IMG/VR virus record: IMGVR_UViG_3300042398_000969 | Coordinates: 105,423 to 169,422 of that record | Reading direction: 5' to 3' (one strand) | DNA from: a virus | Length of the DNA: 64,000 bases | Part shown: in pieces, positions 1 through 8,304 of the stretch | Layout: each line of letters begins with the position of its first letter | Numbering within the stretch: the stretch's first letter is position 1 | Made by a program: the position numbers and the translations under genes | Notes under the pieces: model-generated | What the model saw: the letters and a program-made list of their open reading frames with translations, nothing else | The model's database searches: none | Told to the model about the DNA's origin: nothing

Positions 1-2
1 GG

Positions 3-731
3 CTTGATTTTCCACCAATTAGTGGTTGATGGCCAAGTATTAAATGAAGTGTTGTCATATGTAAAGGATTGACCAGAAACCGAACCTTTTTCTACTCTAC
101 CAGTTTCGAGACTTTTTTTACCTATTGGTTCATTGTATAAACCTTTATTTTTAATATCCCTTAAGATTGAATTAGTATTTATACCACTTGTATATGTTGC
201 GTTATTGTAAAACGCGGTACCAGTACTTGTTGTGGTAAAAGTCCCGTGAGTTGGTATTGATGTACCGCCTAAGGTATTATGCGTTGTGTATGTATATGGT
301 GAACCTGTATTTATCCAAGCTGGATTACTAATTGTTAGTGTAGAACTACCGCTTAAATAAGTTGGTGTAACAATTTCATTATAAAACTTTACTGTTACAT
401 CGCCATTATTGGCAATAGCTTGTTGTACTTCTTCAGTATCACCATTTACTGCGTATGTTTCAAACAAAAACTTCTTTGCCTCGTCAAGATACCTTTCGAG
501 GAAAACACGTTCACCTGGACGAAGTATAATACCATTACCAATGGAATTACCATTCATCTCGATTTTTGCTAAAACTTTATTTTGTGTGGGATTGTAAAGT
601 TCGATTTCGAACTCATCACCGTTATTAAGATAAACGGTATCAACGTGCTGTTTTAATCTTTTTTTACTTTTAGTAATGAAAGATTGTGGTACAGCGAAAC
701 CAGTTGTGTTAACTGAAATTCTTCTGTTCAT
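3..731 (-). CDS. Conserved phage hypothetical protein, 3' end runs off the window (missed by ORF track)
   Basis: Manual translation from ATG at 731: MNRRISVNTTGFAVPQSFITKSKKRLKQHVDTVYLNNGDEFEIELYNPTQNKV...LRPGERVFLERYLD...ETGRVEKGSVSGQSF..., open to the window edge; A-rich leader. Confidence 0.85.
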   Translation of the reverse strand, partial: MNRRISVNTTGFAVPQSFITKSKKRLKQHVDTVYLNNGDEFEIELYNPTQNKVLAKIEMNGNSIGNGIILRPGERVFLERYLDEAKKFLFETYAVNGDTEEVQQAIANNGDVTVKFYNEIVTPTYLSGSSTLTISNPAWINTGSPYTYTTHNTLGGTSIPTHGTFTTTSTGTAFYNNATYTSGINTNSILRDIKNKGLYNEPIGKKSLETGRVEKGSVSGQSFTYDNTSFNTWPSTTNWWKIK

Positions 732-750
732 TTTTCCTTATATTTTTTTT

Positions 751-826
751 GTATTTGAACCCGAATTCGTTGGTATCAATTCCAACTCAAATGCCTCAAG
801 GACACTTCGACTTCAACCACAAGGTC
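751..826 (-). ncRNA. Candidate structured 5' leader or small RNA
   Basis: GC-richer intergenic island right after a TACTTATA promoter-like motif; stems AUUUGA/UCAAAU and GUUGG/CCAAC; shares an 18/26-nt core with 36352-36377. Confidence 0.4.
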
Positions 827-850
827 TATTATAAGTATATGTAAATTAAT

Positions 851-879
851 AAAAAAAGGGAAGCCTAAAAGACTTCCCT
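851..879 (-). terminator. Intrinsic terminator after clpP
   Basis: AGGGAAG-N9-CTTCCCT followed by a T-run on the minus strand. Confidence 0.8.
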
Positions 880-905
880 CCACACACAAAAATGGACACA
901 CAAAA

Positions 906-1577
906 CTATTTCTTTTTAACTATCTCATCAATGATACCATAAGCTAGAGCATCGTCTGCTGATAACCATAAGTCTCTAGATGCATCTTGTTTTACTTGTT
1001 CTCCAGATTTACCACAATATTCACCCAATAAGTCAAATAAAATATTATTTAACTTCTCCCACTCAATCATATCAATCTTAGCGTCTTGAATGTTACCTCT
1101 AAATCCACCAGAAGATTGGTGTAACATAGTTCTTGAGAATCTCAATGATCCACGTTTACCTTTCGTTCCTGCACCCAACAAGATTGAACCCATAGATGCT
1201 GCCATACCTGTATTAATAGTTCTAATATCAGACTTAATATATGCCATAACATCAACCATAGATAAACCAGATTTAACTGATCCGCCAGGACTATCAATAT
1301 GCATTGTAATATCATTATTATCTAAACTATCCAAGAACATTAACTGAGCTTGTACAACAGTTGACATGTGATCATTAACTTCTCCAGCAACCCAAATGAT
1401 TCTTTCCATCATTAATCTACTGAATACATCCATCACCGTTACATTTAAACTTCTTTCTTCAAGAATGTATGGTGTTAAACTGCTTTCAATACTTTTATTG
1501 AAATTGTGGATGTTTAAGGAGCTTACTCCAAAGTCTTTTGCGTAAAGACCGAAATCTTTGTAATCTTTAGGTGTCAT
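906..1577 (-). CDS. clpP: ATP-dependent Clp protease proteolytic subunit (host-like)
   Basis: IDSPGGSV, catalytic Ser in GMAASMGS, His in MLHQ, Asp in RDLWL; TPYILEER..MDVFSRLMM resembles Bacteroidota ClpP; ATG at 1577 preferred over the ORF-track start at 1598. Confidence 0.95.
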   Translation of the reverse strand: MTPKDYKDFGLYAKDFGVSSLNIHNFNKSIESSLTPYILEERSLNVTVMDVFSRLMMERIIWVAGEVNDHMSTVVQAQLMFLDSLDNNDITMHIDSPGGSVKSGLSMVDVMAYIKSDIRTINTGMAASMGSILLGAGTKGKRGSLRFSRTMLHQSSGGFRGNIQDAKIDMIEWEKLNNILFDLLGEYCGKSGEQVKQDASRDLWLSADDALAYGIIDEIVKKK

Positions 1578-1595
1578 ATCTATTAATTGTTTAAG

Positions 1596-1603
1596 CAAAT
1601 ATA
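1596..1603 (-). promoter_or_regulatory. Bacteroidota sigma-A-like -7 element (TATATTTG)
   Basis: Exact TAnnTTTG match 18 nt upstream of the clpP ATG; the upstream TTTG is at non-canonical spacing. Confidence 0.45.
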
Positions 1604-1619
1604 ATTAATGTTTTCCAAA

Positions 1620-3956
1620 TTAAGAAATTTTGGTAGAAATGTAATCGATTGAAGACACGTTTTCCTCTTTTTTAATCATGATAAGGTTATCGGACCAGTT
1701 CCTAATCAATGGGTTATGCGAAATTACGAAAATATGTTCAAAATAATTTTTAATTTTCTTAAAGAACTCACCAACCATCTCTAGGTTCTCATCAGCAACT
1801 TTACCAAATACCTCGTCCATTACAACTATGTTTGGTTTAGGTAGTGAAGATACTTTTGTTAATACACTTCTCAATGCTAAAGATGAAATTGTTCTTTCAT
1901 AACCAGATCCAGCATTTAATGGTTTAATAACTCTGGTTTCAGAATCAATCATGATAAATTCTAATTCGTTCTTATCATTAATGTTTAATTCTAAAATAAA
2001 ATAACAGCTTTCTGATAGTAATCGACTCAATTCCTGATTGATTAGTGGTATCATGTTTTTTAATATCGTTTTTGATATACCATTTTTACCATAAACCAAT
2101 AGGTATGTTTTAAACACTCCCTGTAGTTCTTCCTCGGCTTTAATTTTAGAAATTAAATCATTAGCGGTACCAATCTTTTCTTCCATTGAGGTGATATTGT
2201 TTTTGTTTCTCTCAATAGTTGTGTCAGATATTCTAATGTCAGCGTTTATTGTTTCTATTTTTGTTTTTAAAGTAACCATCTCATTGTGAATCTTTTGGTT
2301 ATCTTCAAGTTTCTTTCTGTTAGCTTCGTAGTTGTCTAACTTTTGCTGCTTAGTGTTGATCTCAAGTTGTTTTTGTTCAACCTCCAACTCGTATCTTTCT
2401 TTACGAAGTTTGTTTCTCTCGTAATTATCAAATTCTGTCTTCAGGGCCTCAAAAGATTCGGACTCTTTTCTTAAAGTTTCCAATTCTTTATCACAATTTT
2501 CTCTATCTTTTTCAATTTGTTCAATTTCTTTCTTTGTCTCTTCAATCTCATCTGTATGATCAACCTCATCTAAGGGTCTATTACACTTAGGACATATCTT
2601 ACCCTCTTCTAATAGCTTAATATGTTTTTCTTTTTCTGTTTTCTCTCTCTCACCTAAACGATTCTCCATAACCAACTGATTGATTTTCTCTTTCAATTGT
2701 CCGTGTTCTTCTTCAAGATAATAACGTGATGGCTCTATAACTGAAATACCGTCAGCATTTTGTTGACTTGCTTGTTTTTGTAATTTTAAGCCAGCAATAT
2801 CTTTTTCTAATGTTGTTGGATTAGTTCTTATTAGTTCTTGATCAATATCATTAGATCTTAAACCTAATATTAATTCTTTTCTATCCTCAAATTCTTTAAG
2901 TGAGATTTTATATTCACCTAATAACCTAGTATGATTTGTTATTTCACCCTTAGAGTTTGTAATTGCATTACCATAAGACTCTATATCGATTTGTAGCTGT
3001 GCAATGTTGTGACTATTACTGATTAATTTCTTAGCCCAATCATTGTAGATGTTTCTACATACTTCTTCCTTTTGCTTTAATGATTCTAAGCCCAAAAATT
3101 TAGTCAATATTTGACCTCTAGCTGTTGGTTTAGATTCAATCAACTCTTCTAAGTTGTAACCTGTTGTAAGAATTGTTGATAAGAAATCTTCTTCGGTACC
3201 AATAGCTGACGCAATAAAGGTTTCTGTTTCTCTTCTTTGTTCTCCAGTTAAATTTTCTAATTCCCCATCAGCTTTTTCTTTATAGAATTCTAATTCACTC
3301 TTAACTGTATAGTCACCAGATCTTCCTTTCTTTCTAGTTAATGTTCTTACAATAACATATTCTTCACCATCAATTGTGATGTATCCTTTAACAGATACTG
3401 TATCAACATCAGTAAACTTGTTAAAGATTTCAGCATTTGTTTTTGTCTTTGTTGTTGAATTAAAAAACAAAAACATTAATAGGTCAACACTAGATGTTGA
3501 CTTACCACCAAAGTTTCTTGGATTGGATTCAATTACAGTAATCCCATCCAGACTTGTAAAATCAATAGTATTATTATCACCAAATGAAAGAAAATTGGAG
3601 AATTCAACCTTCTTAATAAACCACTTATTATACCTGACTTTATTTTCATTTTCTTTATTGATTTCGGTGTTAACACGATTGTCTAATCTATCAACTAATT
3701 CCCACTTAATTTGAACATCATTCTCTGTTAAGAAATCTTTCATTAATTTCTTTTGAAATTGATTGTCCAATATATTATCACTAACCTCTAGAGTTTTAAG
3801 TCTAGTGTCCTGCTTTTGGCTTAACGTCTTGGTGATTACTTGAACATGTGTTGTGTTATACTTTGTTTGAAAGTATGTTTTAACACGTTTGATACGTTCT
3901 GGGGTAAAGTTTTCTGCAACGTCTTCCCACTCTACTTTTATAAAAGGATTGTTCAT
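1620..3956 (-). CDS. SbcC/Rad50/T4 gp46-like ABC ATPase recombination subunit
   Basis: FSNFLSFG, Walker A NFGGKST, coiled coil with CPKC zinc hook, signature GSGYE, Walker B VVMDE, ISH. Confidence 0.93.
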   Translation of the reverse strand: MNNPFIKVEWEDVAENFTPERIKRVKTYFQTKYNTTHVQVITKTLSQKQDTRLKTLEVSDNILDNQFQKKLMKDFLTENDVQIKWELVDRLDNRVNTEINKENENKVRYNKWFIKKVEFSNFLSFGDNNTIDFTSLDGITVIESNPRNFGGKSTSSVDLLMFLFFNSTTKTKTNAEIFNKFTDVDTVSVKGYITIDGEEYVIVRTLTRKKGRSGDYTVKSELEFYKEKADGELENLTGEQRRETETFIASAIGTEEDFLSTILTTGYNLEELIESKPTARGQILTKFLGLESLKQKEEVCRNIYNDWAKKLISNSHNIAQLQIDIESYGNAITNSKGEITNHTRLLGEYKISLKEFEDRKELILGLRSNDIDQELIRTNPTTLEKDIAGLKLQKQASQQNADGISVIEPSRYYLEEEHGQLKEKINQLVMENRLGEREKTEKEKHIKLLEEGKICPKCNRPLDEVDHTDEIEETKKEIEQIEKDRENCDKELETLRKESESFEALKTEFDNYERNKLRKERYELEVEQKQLEINTKQQKLDNYEANRKKLEDNQKIHNEMVTLKTKIETINADIRISDTTIERNKNNITSMEEKIGTANDLISKIKAEEELQGVFKTYLLVYGKNGISKTILKNMIPLINQELSRLLSESCYFILELNINDKNELEFIMIDSETRVIKPLNAGSGYERTISSLALRSVLTKVSSLPKPNIVVMDEVFGKVADENLEMVGEFFKKIKNYFEHIFVISHNPLIRNWSDNLIMIKKEENVSSIDYISTKIS

Positions 3957-3993
3957 GTATTAAAATTACATTATTAAAATTAAAAAACAAAAA

Positions 3994-4308
3994 TTACTTG
4001 ATTCTGGATTCTTCAAAGAATTCCACGATACCATTAATAGCCCATACCATACCACAGGTTGCCATACCATCGAAAAATATCGAGAATAACCAGTTGGTAT
4101 CTAATATTCTACTAGCTAGTCCACCCAAAACGATAGACATAAAAAAACCAACCCAAGTTGATGTACACATCATACATCCAATTAGATCACCGAAAAACTT
4201 TGAGTTTCTCTTTATCCAAGCTCTTGGCTTGTCAAAAATTGAACCGTAAACCAAAATGGTGGTCATACCGTATCCAATAAACGCCCATAATACTACAATA
4301 CTAATCAT
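3994..4308 (-). CDS. Small membrane protein, DUF1360-like
   Basis: Three hydrophobic segments and an LIGCMMCTSTW CxxC..W motif. Confidence 0.6.
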   Translation of the reverse strand: MISIVVLWAFIGYGMTTILVYGSIFDKPRAWIKRNSKFFGDLIGCMMCTSTWVGFFMSIVLGGLASRILDTNWLFSIFFDGMATCGMVWAINGIVEFFEESRIK

Positions 4309-4319
4309 ATATTTAATTT

Positions 4320-4814
4320 TTATTCTTCGTACAAATTATTGAGATCACTTCCTTTAAGATATCTTGCTTTATTCATTTTTTCAAGAGATTCTGTGATCTT
4401 GTTTAACTCGTCTTTTAATTTTTTATTTTCTTCTTTTAGTAATTTATTTTCAGCATCGTCGCTAACGATCTTTTCAACTATAACCTCTTTTATAACTTCT
4501 TTTGTTATTACCTGAGTTTCGCCTTTTATCTCAACCGGTACCTCTTTTATTACTTCAACAATCTTTTCAACAGGAACTTCTTTTATTATTTCAACAATTT
4601 TCTCCACCTCGATAATTTTTTCAATTTCCTTGATGACTTCTTTTTCAATAATAGTTTCTTTCCCTTTTGATGCAACTGGTGTTTCACCAAATTTAAGAAT
4701 TGTGAAACCTCGCTGAAATGTTTTTTTAGCTAGGCCCTCAATATCTACAATTTTATTTAATTCACAATATCTGGTGAATTCATCATCCAGCATTAATGAT
4801 TGTTTCTTTTTCAT
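4320..4814 (-). CDS. Hypothetical protein with EKIVEVIKEVPV (alveolin/articulin-like) repeats and a coiled coil
   Basis: Repeated E/K/V/I/P units in the middle; C-terminal heptads. Confidence 0.75.
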   Translation of the reverse strand: MKKKQSLMLDDEFTRYCELNKIVDIEGLAKKTFQRGFTILKFGETPVASKGKETIIEKEVIKEIEKIIEVEKIVEIIKEVPVEKIVEVIKEVPVEIKGETQVITKEVIKEVIVEKIVSDDAENKLLKEENKKLKDELNKITESLEKMNKARYLKGSDLNNLYEE

Positions 4815-5601
4815 CTTCTATGTCTTTTATATCTGATATGCTAAAGTGCATAAAAGGTTTTTCATTTTGCAAATCAAAAAATTGATAATCATTATTATCA
4901 ACGTCATATACACCGTACCCATGATGTTTTATTGTTTCACCAAAATTCTGTTGAATTAATGACCCAATCATTACAGCTAATCCACCGCCAGGTAATTTAA
5001 ATGTTTGTCTCTTATGAATGTCACCACATAGTAATAAATCCAAACCAACAAAGTTTAAACGGTCATAACCATCTTCAAATTTAAACCCAAGATCAGTTGA
5101 CATTCCTTGAATTGCGCCATGGAATAAACCAACATTTAGTTTATCTTCTGTGTTCTTAAACTCTGGTCTCTGGTTATGTTGGTACAATGAATATACCACC
5201 CAATTAACGTTTTCATCCGGATACACACCCATATCTTTATAATAAACAATATTATCATTGTCTAGTAATTCAACAACAGGTGTGATACTATCTAGTCTTT
5301 GAGTATTATTCTCTAAGAAGTCATGATTACCAGGAATGATAACAACCTTACCATATGAAGTTAATTCTCTTAAGAACCAACTAGTTAAAAGAAGTTGTTC
5401 ATTCGAGATATTAATCTTTTGATGTGCGATGTCACCCGCAATAACAATTCTAATTTCGTTGTGCGATATACCCTCATCTGTCCATTCTAAAAATTTAGCT
5501 CCAATTTCTTTTAACAATTTTTCAAACTGTTCTTTATACAAATCATGTAACTGAATTGTACGAATGTGGAGATCAGCAATGTGTATTATTTTCTTTATCA
5601 T
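4783..5601 (-). CDS. SbcD/Mre11/T4 gp47-like metallophosphoesterase nuclease
   Basis: HIADLH, AGD, PGNHD, FHG, GDIHK motifs. Confidence 0.93.
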   Translation of the reverse strand: MIKKIIHIADLHIRTIQLHDLYKEQFEKLLKEIGAKFLEWTDEGISHNEIRIVIAGDIAHQKINISNEQLLLTSWFLRELTSYGKVVIIPGNHDFLENNTQRLDSITPVVELLDNDNIVYYKDMGVYPDENVNWVVYSLYQHNQRPEFKNTEDKLNVGLFHGAIQGMSTDLGFKFEDGYDRLNFVGLDLLLCGDIHKRQTFKLPGGGLAVMIGSLIQQNFGETIKHHGYGVYDVDNNDYQFFDLQNEKPFMHFSISDIKDIEDEKETIINAG

Positions 5602-6365
5602 TATGCACCATATTTAAACATGTCCTCAATTTCTTTACGCATATCTTGGCACTTGAATACCTTGTATGTATCGTTTCCTTCAAAGAACCAAACAAAATAT
5701 AAGTCACCAACTTTAAGGTTAGTATTTTTTTCGATAATGTATTTGTAAAGACTTGTCTGTAAACTATACGAGTTAAACTCACACTCTTCTAAATGTGAAA
5801 TTGGTCTTTTAAATCTATTACCAAATGCACTCTTTGTGTTGATCGCTTTATTTGTTTTCCAATCCCATATCTGCAATTGATTTGTTTTCTTATTCCAGAA
5901 TATTTGGTCAATCATTCCACAGATACCTAACTCAGCATCACCAATAACAAACTCATTTTTGATTGGTACTAAATTAGCTTTACTGTCATTATAGAACTGA
6001 TCAAATAATTTAACACACTTATCATAAGCGGGTTTAACAATATCTTCACCAAATCTATTCAATGCTGGTGCCGAATCATACGGGAATATTTTATTGTTCC
6101 AATGATTTTCAGCATAGTCATGCACTGCACTACCTTTAATAGTGCTGTAATCTCTTTTGTGATCCCATTCTGCTAACACCTCTTCTTTGATAAGACCGTG
6201 TTTGTTTGCGTATTTTTCCGCTTGACCATCACTGTCGAATTTGTTTTTAAATTGTCCAATAAATGTTGTAGCTGATGTTAACAAACGATCACCAATATAA
6301 TAGTGATGTGGTTCATCATGGTATTTGATGTGATCAAATTTGTTTAATTCTAATAGTAAATCCAT
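5601..6365 (-). CDS. PD-(D/E)xK (RecB/Cas4-like) exonuclease
   Basis: KGSAVH, GMID, DWKT, YSLQ.SLY motifs. Confidence 0.85.
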   Translation of the reverse strand: MDLLLELNKFDHIKYHDEPHHYYIGDRLLTSATTFIGQFKNKFDSDGQAEKYANKHGLIKEEVLAEWDHKRDYSTIKGSAVHDYAENHWNNKIFPYDSAPALNRFGEDIVKPAYDKCVKLFDQFYNDSKANLVPIKNEFVIGDAELGICGMIDQIFWNKKTNQLQIWDWKTNKAINTKSAFGNRFKRPISHLEECEFNSYSLQTSLYKYIIEKNTNLKVGDLYFVWFFEGNDTYKVFKCQDMRKEIEDMFKYGA

Positions 6366-6366
6366 G

Positions 6367-7308
6367 TTAATCTAATTGTATTTTATTTAAGTTTTCAAAA
6401 TTTCCTTGTAAGTCCGCAATATCTTTATCTTCTGGCATTTTAACAACCCATACTTTAAAAAACAGTTTTCCGTTGTTTAATTTATGAAATAGTTTTTCAG
6501 CATCATTCCACGCATCACCATCTAATACTATAATTAATTCCTTTGCTTTATCATATAACTTAGAATATAAAAATTCACTCATTACTTTACCTAATAGTGG
6601 TATTGAGTTTGGAACGAATATACTATCAAATGCCCCTTCAACCAAATAGATTGGTTTATCCCAATCAATCAAATATTCGTTAAAGATAATAATTTCTTTT
6701 TGAACATCTGGGTTCTTGTACTTCATTTTAGTTCTAGGTAGATATGATCTAGCAATAAAGTAATTTAACTTGTTCTCGGCATCATATGATGGTATAATAA
6801 TTCTATTAGCATAATCACCCTCATATGCAAATCCAATATTATATCTAGTAAGCATCTCGTCAGTTATGTTTCTACTTCTGATGTAGTTATATGCTTGTTT
6901 ATAATAATGTGTTAGCTTTAACCCTAGTGATGCTGTTGTAAATGACACAAATTCTTTTGGTAACCCCTTGAGAATCTTTGGTTTAGGTAATGTTGTATCA
7001 ACCTCTTCAGGTCTCATTAATTCATAAAAATGAATTTGTTTCTTATTACCATATTTTTTAATAAGTCTGTATAATGTCCCTCTTGTGTTATGTGTTTCGC
7101 TACAAGACCAACATTTGTATACCCCAAGTTTGTAATTAATTTCTAGATTACCCTTACCATCACCCTCGTCTAAACCCTTGATTTCATGGGAACATACGGG
7201 ACAATCAAAGGATATTTGTCCCTTACCATCGTTGTGCAGTTTGTAGTCTCCAAGAATGTCTTCAAGGATCTCAATAATAGGTTCGAATTCGGTGTCAATT
7301 GTTGCCAT
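6367..7308 (-). CDS. DNA primase (zinc finger + TOPRIM)
   Basis: CPVC..CWSC zinc finger, RIIIP, KYKNP, LVEGAFD, LDGDA, KDIAD. Confidence 0.92.
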   Translation of the reverse strand: MATIDTEFEPIIEILEDILGDYKLHNDGKGQISFDCPVCSHEIKGLDEGDGKGNLEINYKLGVYKCWSCSETHNTRGTLYRLIKKYGNKKQIHFYELMRPEEVDTTLPKPKILKGLPKEFVSFTTASLGLKLTHYYKQAYNYIRSRNITDEMLTRYNIGFAYEGDYANRIIIPSYDAENKLNYFIARSYLPRTKMKYKNPDVQKEIIIFNEYLIDWDKPIYLVEGAFDSIFVPNSIPLLGKVMSEFLYSKLYDKAKELIIVLDGDAWNDAEKLFHKLNNGKLFFKVWVVKMPEDKDIADLQGNFENLNKIQLD

Positions 7309-7335
7309 GGTTTAAATATAGATAAAATATTTGAC

Positions 7336-7370
7336 AAAAAAAAATCCCCAGAGACACCACCCTCTGGGGA
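7336..7370 (-). terminator. Intrinsic terminator upstream of the primase gene
   Basis: TCCCCAGAG-N8-CTCTGGGGA followed by T9. Confidence 0.85.
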
Positions 7371-7415
7371 ACCAACCAAAATGCAGTTTTTCGCTACATT
7401 CCCGCCTACTTACTT
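7336..7415 (-). ncRNA. Candidate ~80-nt small RNA
   Basis: TACTTATA motif (7419-7426), hairpin AAUGUAG/CUGCAUU, then a strong terminator; no credible ORF. Confidence 0.35.
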
Positions 7416-7438
7416 AAATATAAGTAAATTATTTTTGG

Positions 7439-7642
7439 TTACGAAACATTAGTTGCCATATTTTTTTTCTTTACCTGACCAACCGGATAATATGTTGTTT
7501 CACCTATTCTAATTGAATCAATTCTGTTACCTGTTTGTGGATTTAATATAATTGATTTCTTATTCACACTAGTATCATAGATCACATCTTCTAATACAAT
7601 TTTACCATCAGTCATTCTTTTAAATGTTTTTTGCTCTGTCAT
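7439..7642 (-). CDS. Hypothetical protein
   Basis: 67 aa ORF with an A-rich leader, co-oriented with its neighbours. Confidence 0.6.
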   Translation of the reverse strand: MTEQKTFKRMTDGKIVLEDVIYDTSVNKKSIILNPQTGNRIDSIRIGETTYYPVGQVKKKNMATNVS

Positions 7643-7662
7643 TTTTTGTTTTTTAAATAAAT

Positions 7663-8265
7663 TTATTCTGTTTCTTTTAACATATTAATGTAACCAATCA
7701 CACAACATGCAGCATCTGCCATGTCATAATTTTCTTTTTTAAGGGCTCCGGTTTTGCCATATAACCAATTAACATCCGGACAAACCGCATTTACGTGTTC
7801 CCAAATAACATGTTTTTTATCTATGTCTTTTGGGTATCCACCAAATAGAACATTGCGTCCCTTGTCATTTGAACCCACTAAATCGGGAAATGCATATTTT
7901 CTTGAATTATATGTTGAGATGAATGTAGGAACAATACCTAGAATATCATAGACAGCTTTGCAGATCATTGTATTGTAACGCAATAATGTGCCAACCGTAT
8001 AAACGTTATTAGAGTTCAATAATGGCTCTTCAATAATAACCTTAACGATACCCATATCTCTGTATCCTTCTAGTTGTTTTTGGAAAGCAATCGCTTTTTT
8101 GATTAACTCTTCTAGTTTGTCTTCTGGTTGTGGTTTAATCTTTGGTGAAAAATGTGTTAATTCTAACAATTTCTTACCAGTTAAATCAAATAGAGCCCAC
8201 CCAATAGTTTTGGTTGAAATATCCAAGCCTAATATCTTGGATTTGTTTTTAAATTTTACATCCAT
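7663..8265 (-). CDS. RuvC-like Holliday junction resolvase
   Basis: ILGLDISTKTIGWA, VIIEE, DMADA acidic motifs. Confidence 0.85.
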   Translation of the reverse strand: MDVKFKNKSKILGLDISTKTIGWALFDLTGKKLLELTHFSPKIKPQPEDKLEELIKKAIAFQKQLEGYRDMGIVKVIIEEPLLNSNNVYTVGTLLRYNTMICKAVYDILGIVPTFISTYNSRKYAFPDLVGSNDKGRNVLFGGYPKDIDKKHVIWEHVNAVCPDVNWLYGKTGALKKENYDMADAACCVIGYINMLKETE

Positions 8266-8304
8266 AAATCAATTATATGGAAAAATAAAATTATTGTAAA
8301 GTCT

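Noticed and set aside
791-826. raiA-motif RNA (UGUGGUUGAAGUCGA resembles its 5' segment as I recall it)
   Set aside because: Available space (~80 nt) is far shorter than that RNA and the remaining conserved segments are not visible; needs cmscan
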